Source of the DNA: Candidatus Moraniibacteriota bacterium
GTDB lineage: Bacteria > Patescibacteriota > Minisyncoccia > Moranbacterales > UBA2206
DNA length: 64,000 bases
Assembly (NCBI GenBank): GCA_963775955.1
Contig: CAVZKT010000001.1
Coordinates: 85,437 to 149,436 of the forward strand
Direction: 5' to 3'
The notes under the pieces are model-generated. The model worked only from the letters and a program-made list of their open reading frames with translations. It ran no database searches and had not been told where the DNA came from. Shown here one piece after another: positions 21,332 through 30,806 of this stretch (its first letter is position 1; each line of letters starts with the position of its first letter). A program made the position numbers and the translations under genes.

Positions 21332-23197
21332 ATGTGCGGAATCGTGGGTTATATCGGCAAACAAAAAGCGGTGCCGATCCTTATTGAAGGGCTAAAAAGA
21401 CTGGAATACCGGGGCTATGACAGCGCCGGTTTAGCCGTAATTGGAAAGAATAAAATTACAAATGTTAAAGCTGTCGGAAGAGTGGCGGAACTTGAAAATA
21501 AAATCAACGGCCTGCCCGCATCGCTATGCGAAGCATTGCAGGCGGGGAAAAATATTTCAGGAACAATTGGCATAGCGCACACCCGTTGGGCGACGCACGG
21601 AAAACCAAGTGACAGAAATTCCCATCCCCACTCCGATTGCAAAAAAGAAATATACCTTGTCCACAATGGAATCATAGAAAATTATAAAGAACTGAAAGAA
21701 CGGTTAACTAAAAAAGGCCATAAATTTACTTCTGAAACCGACAGTGAAGTTATTGCGCATCTCATTGAAGAATTTAATAAAAAATTAGATTTTAAAAATT
21801 CAGTCATTGAAGCGCTGGAACTGCTTAAAGGAACTTATGGCTTGGCCATTATCAGCAAGCGGGAGCCGGACAAAATAATCGCCGCGCGAATGGGCAGTCC
21901 TTTGGTAATCGGGCTCGGGCGCGATGAAAATATCATTGCTTCCGATGTTTCGGCGATTGTGCGGCACACCGGTCAGGTGATATACCTTGATGACGGAGAA
22001 GTGGCGATTGTCGCGCCGGAAAACTACGAAGTGATAAATATCAAAAAGAAAAAAGTTGAAAAGAAAATCACTAGGCTTGACTGGTCTGTTGAAAAGGCGG
22101 AAAAGGGAGGCTGCGCCCATTTTATGCTCAAGGAAATTTTTGAACAGCCGCATACGATTGAAGATGCAATTCGGGGAAGGTTGGTTGTGCCCGAAGGAAT
22201 GGCAAAATTAGGAGGACTGCGAGATGTCGCAGAACGCTTAAGAGATATTAAAAAAATTATTATTGTCAGCTGCGGAACTTCGTATTATGCCGGGCTTATT
22301 GGCGAATATATGATTGAAGAATACGCTGGAATTCCAGTGGAAGTGGAATATGCCAGCGAATTCCGCTACCGAAAACCAATACTGGGTAAAAATACCGCAG
22401 TGATTGCCATCTCCCAATCCGGTGAAACAGCGGATACTTTGGAAGCGGTGCGAGAGGCAAAAAATAAAGGCGCGCTGGCCCTGGGAATAGTGAATACAGT
22501 CGGATCTACGATTGCCCGGGAAACTGACGCCGGGGTTTACAATTATGCCGGGCCGGAAATTGGGGTGGCTTCAACCAAATCTTTCACTTCGCAGCTTAGC
22601 ATTTTTGTTTTGATAACTCTGATGCTCGGACGACAGCGGGAAATGTCATTTGTGATGGGTAAAAGAATCGCCGGCGAAATGGCAAAAATTCCGAAATTAA
22701 TAAATGTCGTGCTAGAAAAAAGTAGCGACATTAAAAAAATCGCAGCTAAATATCTGAAATATGAAAATTTTTTGTATCTGGGAAGAAAATATAATTTTCC
22801 CATTGCCTGCGAAGGAGCGCTAAAGATAAAAGAAATTTCCTATGTCCACGCGGAAAGATATCCGACGGGCGAAATGAAGCACGGGCCCATCGCCCTGATT
22901 TCCAAAAATTTTCCTTCCATTTTTATTGCTCCACGGGACAGCGTGTATGAAAAAAATATTTCGGGCATGCAGGAAATAAAAGCGCGAGGCGGAAAAATAA
23001 TTGCCATTGCCACCAAGGGGGACAAGGAAATAAAGAAACTGGCCGATGATGTGATTTATATCCCCAAAACCCTGGAGATGCTCACGCCGTTGTTGTCCGT
23101 CGTGCCGTTGCAACTTTTCGCGTATTATGTCGGAACATTAAAAGGCTTTGATGTGGATAAACCCCGTAACCTGGCAAAGTCAGTAACAGTAGAATAG
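21332..23197 (+). CDS. glmS: Glutamine--fructose-6-phosphate aminotransferase
   Basis: MCGIVGY start, GIAHTRWATHG, two SIS domains, C-terminal DVDKPRNLAKSVTVE. Confidence 0.97.
   Translation: MCGIVGYIGKQKAVPILIEGLKRLEYRGYDSAGLAVIGKNKITNVKAVGRVAELENKINGLPASLCEALQAGKNISGTIGIAHTRWATHGKPSDRNSHPHSDCKKEIYLVHNGIIENYKELKERLTKKGHKFTSETDSEVIAHLIEEFNKKLDFKNSVIEALELLKGTYGLAIISKREPDKIIAARMGSPLVIGLGRDENIIASDVSAIVRHTGQVIYLDDGEVAIVAPENYEVINIKKKKVEKKITRLDWSVEKAEKGGCAHFMLKEIFEQPHTIEDAIRGRLVVPEGMAKLGGLRDVAERLRDIKKIIIVSCGTSYYAGLIGEYMIEEYAGIPVEVEYASEFRYRKPILGKNTAVIAISQSGETADTLEAVREAKNKGALALGIVNTVGSTIARETDAGVYNYAGPEIGVASTKSFTSQLSIFVLITLMLGRQREMSFVMGKRIAGEMAKIPKLINVVLEKSSDIKKIAAKYLKYENFLYLGRKYNFPIACEGALKIKEISYVHAERYPTGEMKHGPIALISKNFPSIFIAPRDSVYEKNISGMQEIKARGGKIIAIATKGDKEIKKLADDVIYIPKTLEMLTPLLSVVPLQLFAYYVGTLKGFDVDKPRNLAKSVTVE
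21511..21549. repeat. Hairpin element P1 (inverted copy) translated in frame within glmS
   Basis: CCTGCCC-GCATCGCTATGCGAAGCATTGC-AGGCGGGG. The core is the exact reverse complement of the tgt copy. Confidence 0.85.
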
Positions 23198-23215
23198 CAA
23201 GGGATATGATGCCTG

Positions 23216-23246
23216 CCCCGCACCAAGCGAAGCTTTGGTGCCGGGG
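23216..23246. repeat. Hairpin element P2 (CCCCGCACCAAGC-GAA-GCTTTGGTGCCGGGG)
   Basis: Read directly. A second copy with a flipped loop is at 30921-30951. Confidence 0.85.
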
Positions 23247-23290
23247 TGGATAAGCCTCGGAATCTGGCAAAAAGTGTGACAGTTGAATAG
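23246..23290 (+). other. Second, untranslated copy of the last 14 glmS codons plus stop
   Basis: Encodes VDKPRNLAKSVTVE*, identical to 23153-23197, with 10 nt differences in 8 codons, all synonymous. It is 48 nt downstream of the real stop and in the same frame. Confidence 0.9.
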
Positions 23291-23305
23291 GAAAAGAAAA
23301 TATTT

Positions 23306-23338
23306 AAGTACGTACCCGAGTACGTACTTTTTCTTTTT
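23306..23338 (+). terminator. Rho-independent terminator after the duplicated glmS end
   Basis: AAGTACGTAC-CCGA-GTACGTACTT stem-loop followed by a T-run. Confidence 0.75.
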
Positions 23339-23391
23339 AATAAAAAATTCTGCGTTTTTCCGCGCATAACTCCGCGCCCCTCGGCGGTTAT

Positions 23392-23403
23392 AGTTATCCA
23401 CAG
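23392..23403 (+). promoter_or_regulatory. AGTTATCCACAG motif containing a perfect DnaA box (TTATCCACA)
   Basis: Exact 9-mer consensus. The same 12-mer recurs at 53327-53338 and, reverse-complemented, at 57235-57246. Confidence 0.5.
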
Positions 23404-23419
23404 CCAAGAAAACTCCTTA

Positions 23420-23447
23420 TTGACACCCTTTTAAATTGTTGTATAAT
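23420..23447 (+). promoter_or_regulatory. Sigma70-type promoter (TTGACA-16-TATAAT)
   Basis: Consensus hexamers at 23420-23425 and 23442-23447, in a spacer between convergent genes. Confidence 0.65.
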
Positions 23448-23453
23448 TATATT

Positions 23454-23621
23454 ATCTCAATCTTAGTTTTTAGCTGTTTAACAATAAACCAAAACAGATC
23501 AATGTATCTGATTGGCTCTCCAGGAAAGGAGGTGAAAAGCCATATTATAGTTTCACAAAACGCAAGACCCCTGGGTTAGATCATAGATTTCTATGATTCT
23601 AATCCGGGGGTTACTTATTTT
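23454..23621 (+). ncRNA. Candidate small RNA (unknown class) bounded by a consensus promoter and a long terminator hairpin
   Basis: No ORF. Contains GAAAGGAGGTGA (23524-23535). Has a 20-bp imperfect stem at 23567-23611 followed by a T-rich tail. Confidence 0.4.
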
Positions 23622-23634
23622 AAAATAATAAAAA

Positions 23635-23656
23635 CAGGCTTTTAGCCTGCTTTTTT
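23635..23656. terminator. Bidirectional terminator (CAGGCT-TTT-AGCCTG, A-run / T-run)
   Basis: Read directly. Lies just downstream of the minus-strand gene ending at 23678. Confidence 0.75.
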
Positions 23657-23677
23657 AATTCGTATTGCGGAATTTTG

Positions 23678-24121
23678 TTATTTTCCCATTATCTGCAAGG
23701 CAATTTGCCTGGGACGCGAACGGTCAAGTTCAATGGCGAAAATTCTCTGCCAAGTTCCCAATTGGAGTTGGTTTTTGACGATATTAAGAAAGGTTGAAGT
23801 GGGAAGATGAATGGCTTTGTTGTGAGAATGGCCATTTTTGCATTCCCCATCGCACATATTGACAGTTCTAATTTCAAAGTTATCGTGAAGATATTTGTAA
23901 CTTCTGGGAGCCAGCTTTTCCAGAAAAACTTTCATATCCTGGATGAGAAGCGGCTCGGCCTCGTTAACGAGAATGGCCATAGTGGTGTGCAATGACTGGA
24001 TATTGATCACGCCATTTTTAACTCCGGCTTCTTTTATTTTCCTCTGTATTTTTTCGGTGATGTCTATAAAATCCAAAGTCGTCGCAGTCTTGAGTTTGAT
24101 AATATGGTTTATTATTTTCAT
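23678..24121 (-). CDS. YjbQ/UPF0047 family protein (secondary thiamine-phosphate synthase-like)
   Basis: 147 aa. ITEKIQ...GVINIQSLHTTMAILVNE and NGHSHNKA motifs. Confidence 0.8.
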   Translation of the reverse strand: MKIINHIIKLKTATTLDFIDITEKIQRKIKEAGVKNGVINIQSLHTTMAILVNEAEPLLIQDMKVFLEKLAPRSYKYLHDNFEIRTVNMCDGECKNGHSHNKAIHLPTSTFLNIVKNQLQLGTWQRIFAIELDRSRPRQIALQIMGK

Positions 24122-24207
24122 AGTTTTTTTAATTGTTATTTTGCCTTCCTATTATAGTCTTTTTGGATAAAATTAAAAGGCTCTGTAAAGCAAGAGCCCC
24201 TTTGTCA

Positions 24208-24603
24208 TTATTTTATAAACCCAAAATGTTTCAGAACAGGGACAATATTTGGCGCTAGATTTTTAGGAAGACTCTTAAGATCAATCCAATCCCATTTACG
24301 GATATCTGCGCCAGGCTTGATTTCCCCAATGCGTTTGGCCAAAAAATGAACCAAAATAATATCAATTTTGCCCTCCGGCGTATCTTTGTGGGCAAAAGTG
24401 ATAAAAGGATTTTCATCAAGTAGCTCAATATCAATTCCCATTTCTTCTTTCACTTCCCGCCGAGCATTTTCAATTAAATTAGTTTCGTAATCTTCAACTT
24501 GCCCGCCGCAAAACTTCCAGAAGGTCGTATCCCCGTGCTGGTTAAGTAAAACTTTATTATTTTCCACAATAGCCGGCCCTGATGCGATTATAATCCTTGG
24601 CAT
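24208..24603 (-). CDS. NUDIX hydrolase
   Basis: Nudix box GGQVEDYETNLIENARREVKEEMGI. Confidence 0.88.
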   Translation of the reverse strand: MPRIIIASGPAIVENNKVLLNQHGDTTFWKFCGGQVEDYETNLIENARREVKEEMGIDIELLDENPFITFAHKDTPEGKIDIILVHFLAKRIGEIKPGADIRKWDWIDLKSLPKNLAPNIVPVLKHFGFIK

Positions 24604-24611
24604 AATAATAT

Positions 24612-26184
24612 TTATAAATATTTAACCATATAAGTATCTTTCAGTCTATATCCCAATTTTCGATAATATTCCCTAACTCCCACTCCTGATATTACTACAA
24701 TTTTATTTAAATTAAATTCCTCTTTGGCGATTTGTTCCGCTTTTTGCATTAATTTTTTGCCAAGCCCGATGTGCTGGGGAGAATCCTTACTTTTTTTGCT
24801 TATTTGCGCCATTTTTCCGTAAGTATGAACTTCACGGACAAGGGCAGTATTATTAGAGATGCGGAGGCGGAAGAAGAGCGAATAATTTTCTTTTGTCCGG
24901 CGAAACATATTGTAAAAATATTTCCTTGCCGTCAGAAGCTTCATAATTAATCCTATCCAAAACAATCTTCTCATTAATTTTATAATCCGCTCCAACTTCC
25001 CGGCAGCGGATGCATTGGCACTTTGATTTTTTAGCGATCATCTGGCGGAGGTTTGAAAGCGCTGGTCCGGCAACAATAGAAGTGGCCGGAATGTCTCTTA
25101 CTAACCGCGAAATCCTGGCATAAGGCGGGATAATTTCATTTTTCACCTGCAAAATAAATTTTTCAAACGGTTTGTCATTTAGCGGATTATACCTCCCTTT
25201 TTTCCAAAAATTATATAGAGCGCTGTTTTTCACGACAACAGTCGGGTAAATTTTAAGCATATCAGGCTGAAAGTCCGGATTGGAAAATAATTCCTTGAAC
25301 ATTTCATAATCTTTTTTCAGATTTGATCCCGGAAGTCCGGGCATGATGTGATAATTAATTTTAAATCCTGCGTCTTTCAGTAATTTTGTAGCGCGTATAA
25401 TTTCAACTACACCATGTCCGCGCCTGTTTAATTTCAAAACATCATCAAGAATATTCTGCACTCCCAGCTCCACCCGGGTGCATCCCAATCTCCGGAAATT
25501 CAAAATTTCCTTTTCATCAATATAGTCGGGACGAGTTTCCAGTGTAATTCCCACAATCCGACGTTTTGCTTTCTCGTTTTTTCTTTGCTCGCGTAAAAGT
25601 AAATTATTTAATTTCTTTATAGGCTTTATAAACTTTCTAACTTTATAAACTTTGGGGTATTCATTGCATGCCCTAAAACATTCTTTAATGAACCAAGCTT
25701 GGTAATTTTTTAGCAGATGCGAAAAGGTTCCTCCCATAACGATAAGTTCAATTTTATCGGTTTTGTGCCCGTTAAGTTCCAGCGATCGCAAGCGATTCCA
25801 AACTTGAAGATAGGGATCGAATTTTGAAGCGATAGCGCGCATTACGGCAGGTTCGTTGGAAAGGTAGCTTTTGGGCATATTTTTTTCAGTGGGACAGTAC
25901 AGGCATTTTCCGGGGCAGGGATAAGATTTGGCAAGCACTGCCACGACCGCCACGCCAGATTGGGTTCTCACGCGCCGGCTCAACATTATTTCTTCGAATT
26001 TTAGATCGCGCCTGATTTCTTTCTGTTTTACAAGTTTTTCATATATTTCGCGCAGATCAGCGTTAGTTGGAATAGGCAGTTCCAGCTTTCCTGAAATTTC
26101 CTTTTTTTGAGCCAAAAAATCCTCGCCAGATTTAGGGCGAAATTTGATTGCCAGCTTTACAAAATTGTCGTAAGCTTTAATCAT
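24612..26184 (-). CDS. elp3: Elp3-like radical SAM / GNAT acetyltransferase fusion, frame change within 24853-24995
   Basis: CPGKCLYCP cluster, LETRPDYI, GCTRVELGVQ, HIMPGLPG, and a C-terminal GNAT (QHIGLGKKLMQKAE). Preferred start is MIKAYDNF at 26184. Confidence 0.8.
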
Positions 26185-26887
26185 GGATAAATATGAAGCC
26201 AATAAGATACTGCAAGAAATTGAGTCAGGATATAATTTAATGGCTGACAAATTTTCGGAGACCCGGAAGCATTTTTGGCGGGATTTGGAATTTATCGGAG
26301 ATTGCGCGAAAAATGGGGACAAAGTTTTAGATTATGGATGCGGCAACGGCAGACTCCTTGATTTATTACATGAAAAAAATATCAGCTATACGGGGGTTGA
26401 TGTTTCCCAGAAATTAATTGATATTGCCAGAAACAAATATAAATCGGAAAACAATAGCTTTTACAAAATTAACGCCAGTCAATCCAGTCTACCATTTGAA
26501 AGCAATTATTTCAATACCATTTATTCCATTGCCGTTCTTCACCATATGCCGTCTGAAGAATTAAGAGGTGAAATAACGAGAGAACTGTATCGGGTTTTAA
26601 AGCCCGGAGGGCAAATCATAATTACCGTCTGGAATTTGTGGCAGGGGAGGTATTTAAAAAATATATTTGAGAATTGGCTCAATAAGGTAGTTAAAAAGAA
26701 TAATTTGGATTGGAATGATTGCTACATCGCCTTCAAAAACAATAAAGGAGAATGTTTTAGCCGTTACCATCATGCTTTTACGGGGGATGAGCTGATTAAT
26801 TTATTTCTAAAAACGGGATTTTTCATAGAAAAATGCGAAGTAATTAATAAAAGAAATATAGTTTTGGTTGGAAAAAAGGCGAGATAA
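26183..26887 (+). CDS. Class I SAM-dependent methyltransferase
   Basis: VLDYGCGNGRL motif I and LKPGGQIIITVWN. The ATG overlaps the divergent elp3 start codon. Confidence 0.85.
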   Translation: MDKYEANKILQEIESGYNLMADKFSETRKHFWRDLEFIGDCAKNGDKVLDYGCGNGRLLDLLHEKNISYTGVDVSQKLIDIARNKYKSENNSFYKINASQSSLPFESNYFNTIYSIAVLHHMPSEELRGEITRELYRVLKPGGQIIITVWNLWQGRYLKNIFENWLNKVVKKNNLDWNDCYIAFKNNKGECFSRYHHAFTGDELINLFLKTGFFIEKCEVINKRNIVLVGKKAR

Positions 26888-27062
26888 CGCCTTACCATCG
26901 GCGTTCGTTAAGAGGCATTTAAACATAGAAAAGCTCTCTTTTCAAGAATGGCGAGCTGTGGTATTATTAATTCAAAGAAAAATGAATAACATGCGGGAAA
27001 AATAAATTTGCTTATTATTCTTTGCCGCAAAATAATCCACCAAAATAAAATGGAATATTGTT

Positions 27063-28373
27063 ATGTCGGAGCCAATAATTGATATCAAAAAACTGCAGGT
27101 TGCCTACAATAGGGGCAAAGCCAATGAAATCCGCGCGCTGGATGGCATTGATGTCAAGATCTATCCCGAAGAATATGTTATTATCTGCGGCCCTTCCGGC
27201 TGCGGCAAGTCGACGTTGCTTTATACTATCGCCGGCCTGCAGCCTGCGACCTCCGGCGAGGTGGTCATTGAGAGCAAGGATTTAGCCAGGATGAGCAAAG
27301 AAGAAATGGTTGAACTTCATCAGATGAAAATCGGCATGATTTTTCAGGCTTTCTACCTTATCCCCTCAATCCATGTTCTTTTTAATGTCTGCCTCCCCAA
27401 GATTTTCCGGGGGATAGACAAAAAAACCAGGCAAGAAGGGGGAATGAAGCTTCTTCGCCGTTTTAGCATCGCGGAACAAGCCAGAAAGTTTCCCAGCCAG
27501 CTTTCCGGCGGACAAAAACAAAGAGTGGCTATCGCCAGATCTTTAGTAAATAATCCCGGCATAATTTTGGCTGATGAACCGGTAGGGAACCTGGATAGCG
27601 AATCCGCGGAAAATGTTTTGAATATATTAAAAGAATTGAATGAAGTGGACAAAAAGACAATTATTTTAGTTACTCACAACGCAGAGCACCTTCATTATGC
27701 CGATCGCATATTACACATGAGGGACGGAAAAATTGTCAGCGAGGAAGTAAATAAGGATAAGCGTCCGAAAGACGCGCTAAAAGAAGAAATTGCCAAAGAG
27801 CCGGATGTGATTTCCAGCGAGCTAAAGCTTTTAATGAGAACGTTCAGAAACTTTTCTCCCCAGCAAATTGGAGGGCTTTTAATTCCCTATAAAGCCAAAC
27901 AACTAATCAATCATATTATTATGGAACTGACTGAAGAGCAAATTGCCGCGGCGGAAAATTTTTTGAAAGATCTGCTGTTTAAGAATATTGAAATGGAAGC
28001 TTTTGAAAAAAACATAGATCTAGACCTCAATGAAGGCGGGGGCGGGTGGAACAAGCTGAGAGCAAAATCTTTTTCGGCTAAAGTCAGCGATATTACGGGC
28101 CAGGCAAAGGCTTTGGACAAAGATTACGAAAAAGCCTTACCGGGTTTTGCCGATTATCTTTTGCGTGTTTTTGATCTGAAAATGCAGCCGGAAATTAAAG
28201 CGCGCCTGATTACATTTTTAAAGCTAAGGCTGGAGAATAAAATTGACGCCTTCGGCGTGCAGGAACGCCTAGACGCGCCAATATCTGTTGGTGGAGTGGG
28301 GCTCTATAAAAATACATCTGAAAAAATGATGAGGGAAATAGAGATGGTGATGCTATTAAAATATTCAGCATAG
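27063..28373 (+). CDS. ABC transporter ATP-binding protein (MacB/FtsE-like) with a ~200-aa C-terminal extension
   Basis: [35 protein letters not shown]. The extension is of unknown fold. Confidence 0.9.
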   Translation: MSEPIIDIKKLQVAYNRGKANEIRALDGIDVKIYPEEYVIICGPSGCGKSTLLYTIAGLQPATSGEVVIESKDLARMSKEEMVELHQMKIGMIFQAFYLIPSIHVLFNVCLPKIFRGIDKKTRQEGGMKLLRRFSIAEQARKFPSQLSGGQKQRVAIARSLVNNPGIILADEPVGNLDSESAENVLNILKELNEVDKKTIILVTHNAEHLHYADRILHMRDGKIVSEEVNKDKRPKDALKEEIAKEPDVISSELKLLMRTFRNFSPQQIGGLLIPYKAKQLINHIIMELTEEQIAAAENFLKDLLFKNIEMEAFEKNIDLDLNEGGGGWNKLRAKSFSAKVSDITGQAKALDKDYEKALPGFADYLLRVFDLKMQPEIKARLITFLKLRLENKIDAFGVQERLDAPISVGGVGLYKNTSEKMMREIEMVMLLKYSA

Positions 28374-28390
28374 ATTAAATTCATCTGGTT

Positions 28391-28547
28391 ATCCCGCACT
28401 AAATTCCGAGTACAATCCGGGGTAATCCAGGGCGTCATTCACGGAATCGCCTGCGGCTTAGATGGTTATTAATAAAAATTTATATTGCGAATTAGTGCGG
28501 GATGCTCAATTTTGTAGCCGCTCGCATAGCTCGCAGACAAAATTGGC
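28391..28547 (+). promoter_or_regulatory. Conserved structured leader/repeat (copy A) abutting the permease start codon
   Basis: Arms are ATCCCGCACTAAATT / AATTAGTGCGGGAT. Blocks shared with copy B (51855-52007): ATTCCGA, CGGAATCGCCTG, GGCTTAG, GGGATGCTCA, GACAAAA. Confidence 0.65.
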
Positions 28548-29762
28548 ATGAGATTTGCGGATCTATTCAAATTATCAACCAGAATGTTTAAAGCGAGGAC
28601 TTCGCGGACACTTTTGACAATTCTCGGCATGAGTATTGGCATTGGGGCCATTCTCTTTTTAGTTTCCTTTGGCGAGGGTTTGCGCAAGACTCTTCTGGAA
28701 AGAATTACAACATCTGAATCCCTGTTGACATTAGACGTGACAGAGGCGAAGGCCGGAATAGTTTTACTCAATGGGGATATGATTAAAAGCATTGAGCAGA
28801 TGAATGGCGTATCAGAAGTAAGCCCGGCGTCGCATCTTACCGCGCAGGGCCTTATGGGCGATATTTCAGCAGACTTAAGCGCGATTTCTGTTAAGCCCTC
28901 CTTTCTCCGGCTGGGCGGAATTAAAATTTTAGAGGGGGAAGCGCTGAATGACGCCAACCCCGAAGGGGTGGTTATGACTTCAGCAATGGCCCAGGTTTTT
29001 GGGAAAAAGGATGCTGCGGAAATGATCGGAAAAGAAATCACCTTTGTTTTCTTTATGCCCAAAAAAATGGAAACTGAAAGCGGGGAAGATTTACAGAATA
29101 ATCTTGAAAAAATGGATTTTGACAAGAAATACAAAATCATCGGAGCAATGGAGGGAGAGGATAATGTGATTTACATCAACTCAAGCTCATTGGATGATTT
29201 GCAACTCAATAGTTTTGTCCAAGCGAAAGTGAAATGTTCATCGCAGCAAGCGATGGGAACAGTGCGTGATACAATTTTGAATCAAGGGCTTTCAGTCTCT
29301 TCTCTTTCGGATACTGTTGACCAAGCTAATCAGATTTTTAGCATCGTCCGCATCGTGCTGATGCTTTTTGGCCTGGTCGCCCTGGTAGTCAGCGCCATTG
29401 GAATGTTTAACACGATGACCATCGCGCTTCTTGAGCGAACCGAAGAAATCGGAATTATGAAATCCATTGGTGCTTCCGATGGCGCAGTGTCCGTGATGTT
29501 TATTATGGAGTCCACCATCATGGGATTTTTGGGCGGGCTGGCCGGAATAGTAATCGGACTTTTGGGCGGCGTGGTTTTCAATCAATTAATTAATTTTATT
29601 GCGTCCCGTTTTGGCGGACAGGCAGTGAGCCTGTTTCACAGCCCGCTTTTATATATTATTGTGATAGTCGTTTTTTCCGGCGTGGTTGGTTTGCTCACTG
29701 GTTTTGTGCCGGCCAGGCGTGCCAGCAAAATCGATCCCCTGGATGCGTTGAGATATAAGTAG
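28548..29762 (+). CDS. ABC transporter permease, FtsX/MacB family
   Basis: 404 aa. N-terminal TM, periplasmic domain, then the C-terminal 3-TM FtsX domain ending RRASKIDPLDALRY. Confidence 0.9.
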   Translation: MRFADLFKLSTRMFKARTSRTLLTILGMSIGIGAILFLVSFGEGLRKTLLERITTSESLLTLDVTEAKAGIVLLNGDMIKSIEQMNGVSEVSPASHLTAQGLMGDISADLSAISVKPSFLRLGGIKILEGEALNDANPEGVVMTSAMAQVFGKKDAAEMIGKEITFVFFMPKKMETESGEDLQNNLEKMDFDKKYKIIGAMEGEDNVIYINSSSLDDLQLNSFVQAKVKCSSQQAMGTVRDTILNQGLSVSSLSDTVDQANQIFSIVRIVLMLFGLVALVVSAIGMFNTMTIALLERTEEIGIMKSIGASDGAVSVMFIMESTIMGFLGGLAGIVIGLLGGVVFNQLINFIASRFGGQAVSLFHSPLLYIIVIVVFSGVVGLLTGFVPARRASKIDPLDALRYK

Positions 29763-29805
29763 AAAGTTTATAAAGTCTGTAAAGTTTAAAGTTCATAAAG
29801 TTTGC

Positions 29806-29831
29806 CGCTGCGTTGCAGCGCTTTTTGTTTT
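29806..29831 (+). terminator. Rho-independent terminator
   Basis: CGCTGC-GTT-GCAGCG followed by CTTTTTGTTTT. Confidence 0.65.
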
Positions 29832-29852
29832 GTGATAGTTTAAAATATATTA

Positions 29853-29948
29853 ACCCTGTTAGAAATTAAGCAGAATTTTTTGCGGGGAGATTTTAATTAT
29901 TTATGTAATTTTGCTGTTTTTAACAGACGGCAGAATTTCTAACGGGGT
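29853..29948. mobile_element. MITE-like element (ACCCTGTTAGAAATT ... GAATTTCTAACGGGGT) abutting folD
   Basis: Terminal inverted repeats of the CCCCGTTAGAA family. The right end overlaps the probable GTG start of folD (29947). Confidence 0.65.
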
Positions 29949-30787
29949 GAAACTACTTAAGGGCAGAAAAATTGCCGATAAAATTTTGGCGGACTTGAAA
30001 AGGGCCGTAAAAAAACAAAAAAGTAAGCCAGCGCTAGCGGTTGTTTTAGTTGGAAAAAATGGGGCGTCCGAAATATATGTTAAGCTAAAAAAACAAGCCG
30101 CCAAAAAAGTCGGCATCAATTTCTCTCTGCATCGATTTTTCAGAAATTCCGGTGAAAGAGAAATTGTCGGAAAAATAAAAGAACTCAATGGGGATAAAAA
30201 AATAAGCGGCATTATCGTCCAATTGCCGCTTCCGAAAAATTTGAGAATGCAGAAAATTATCAACGCCATTTCGCCCGGGAAAGACGCAGACGGATTCCAC
30301 CCGGAAAATTTGAAAAAATTTATGGCCGGGAAAAATGGAGTTGAACCAGTTTTTCCCAAGGCGATTATAAAAATCCTGGAAGCTATTCCAGAATCCGGGA
30401 TTTTGAGAAGGTAAAAAGGCGGCGATTATTACTAATTCCAAAGAATTTGGAAATACTATGCAAGCCGCGCTTAAACAAAAAGGAATTGAGGGACAGTATA
30501 TTCTACACAAAAATTATAAAAAAAGTTTATCCGCCATTGGGCGGACGGACATAGTAATTACTGCTGTTGGAAAACCAGATCTGATTACCAGTGACATGAT
30601 AAAAAAGAATGTGGTAATTATTGACGGAGGAATTGTCAAAAAAGGCAAAAAAGTTTTGGGCGATGTTGATTTTGAGTCAGTAAAAAATAAAGTTTCTTAC
30701 ATAACTCCCGTTCCCGGGGGCGTGGGCCCGGTAACTATTGCATGCCTCCTGGAAAATGTTTTTCTTTTAAGCAAAAAATCCCGGTAA
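29947..30787 (+). CDS. folD: Bifunctional methylenetetrahydrofolate dehydrogenase/cyclohydrolase, frame change near 30403-30407
   Basis: IIVQLPLPKN, GKDADGFHP, TPVPGGVGPVTIACLLEN. GTG start inferred from the alignment pattern MKLLKGRKIA. Confidence 0.88.
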
Positions 30788-30799
30788 AACGGGATTTTT
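30778..30799. terminator. Bidirectional terminator (ATCCCG-GTAAAA-CGGGAT) containing the folD stop codon in its loop
   Basis: A-run upstream and T-run downstream. Serves folD (+) and the tRNA (-). Confidence 0.7.
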
Positions 30800-30806
30800 A
30801 TGGATG

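Noticed and set aside
23198-23420. A Tn7-like insertion at the glmS attachment site.
   Set aside because: There are no tns genes and no Tn7 end repeats. Only 48 nt separate the duplicated glmS ends, so at most this is a scar of some integrative element.
23524-23571. A 15-codon GUG ORF (VKSHIIVSQNARPLG) inside the candidate sRNA.
   Set aside because: The GUG lies within the SD-like sequence itself, so there is no spacing for initiation, and the ORF runs into the terminator stem. It is kept only as a remote possibility.
28469-29140. Long antisense ORFs in the track: 28469-29140(-), 11833-12387(-), 42875-43567(-), 43051-43572(-), 59527-60120(-), 53420-53983(-), 58603-59163(-), 34504-35106(+) and others.
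   Set aside because: Each lies entirely opposite a confidently identified conserved gene, has a low-complexity or odd composition, and has no RBS. They are shadow ORFs.
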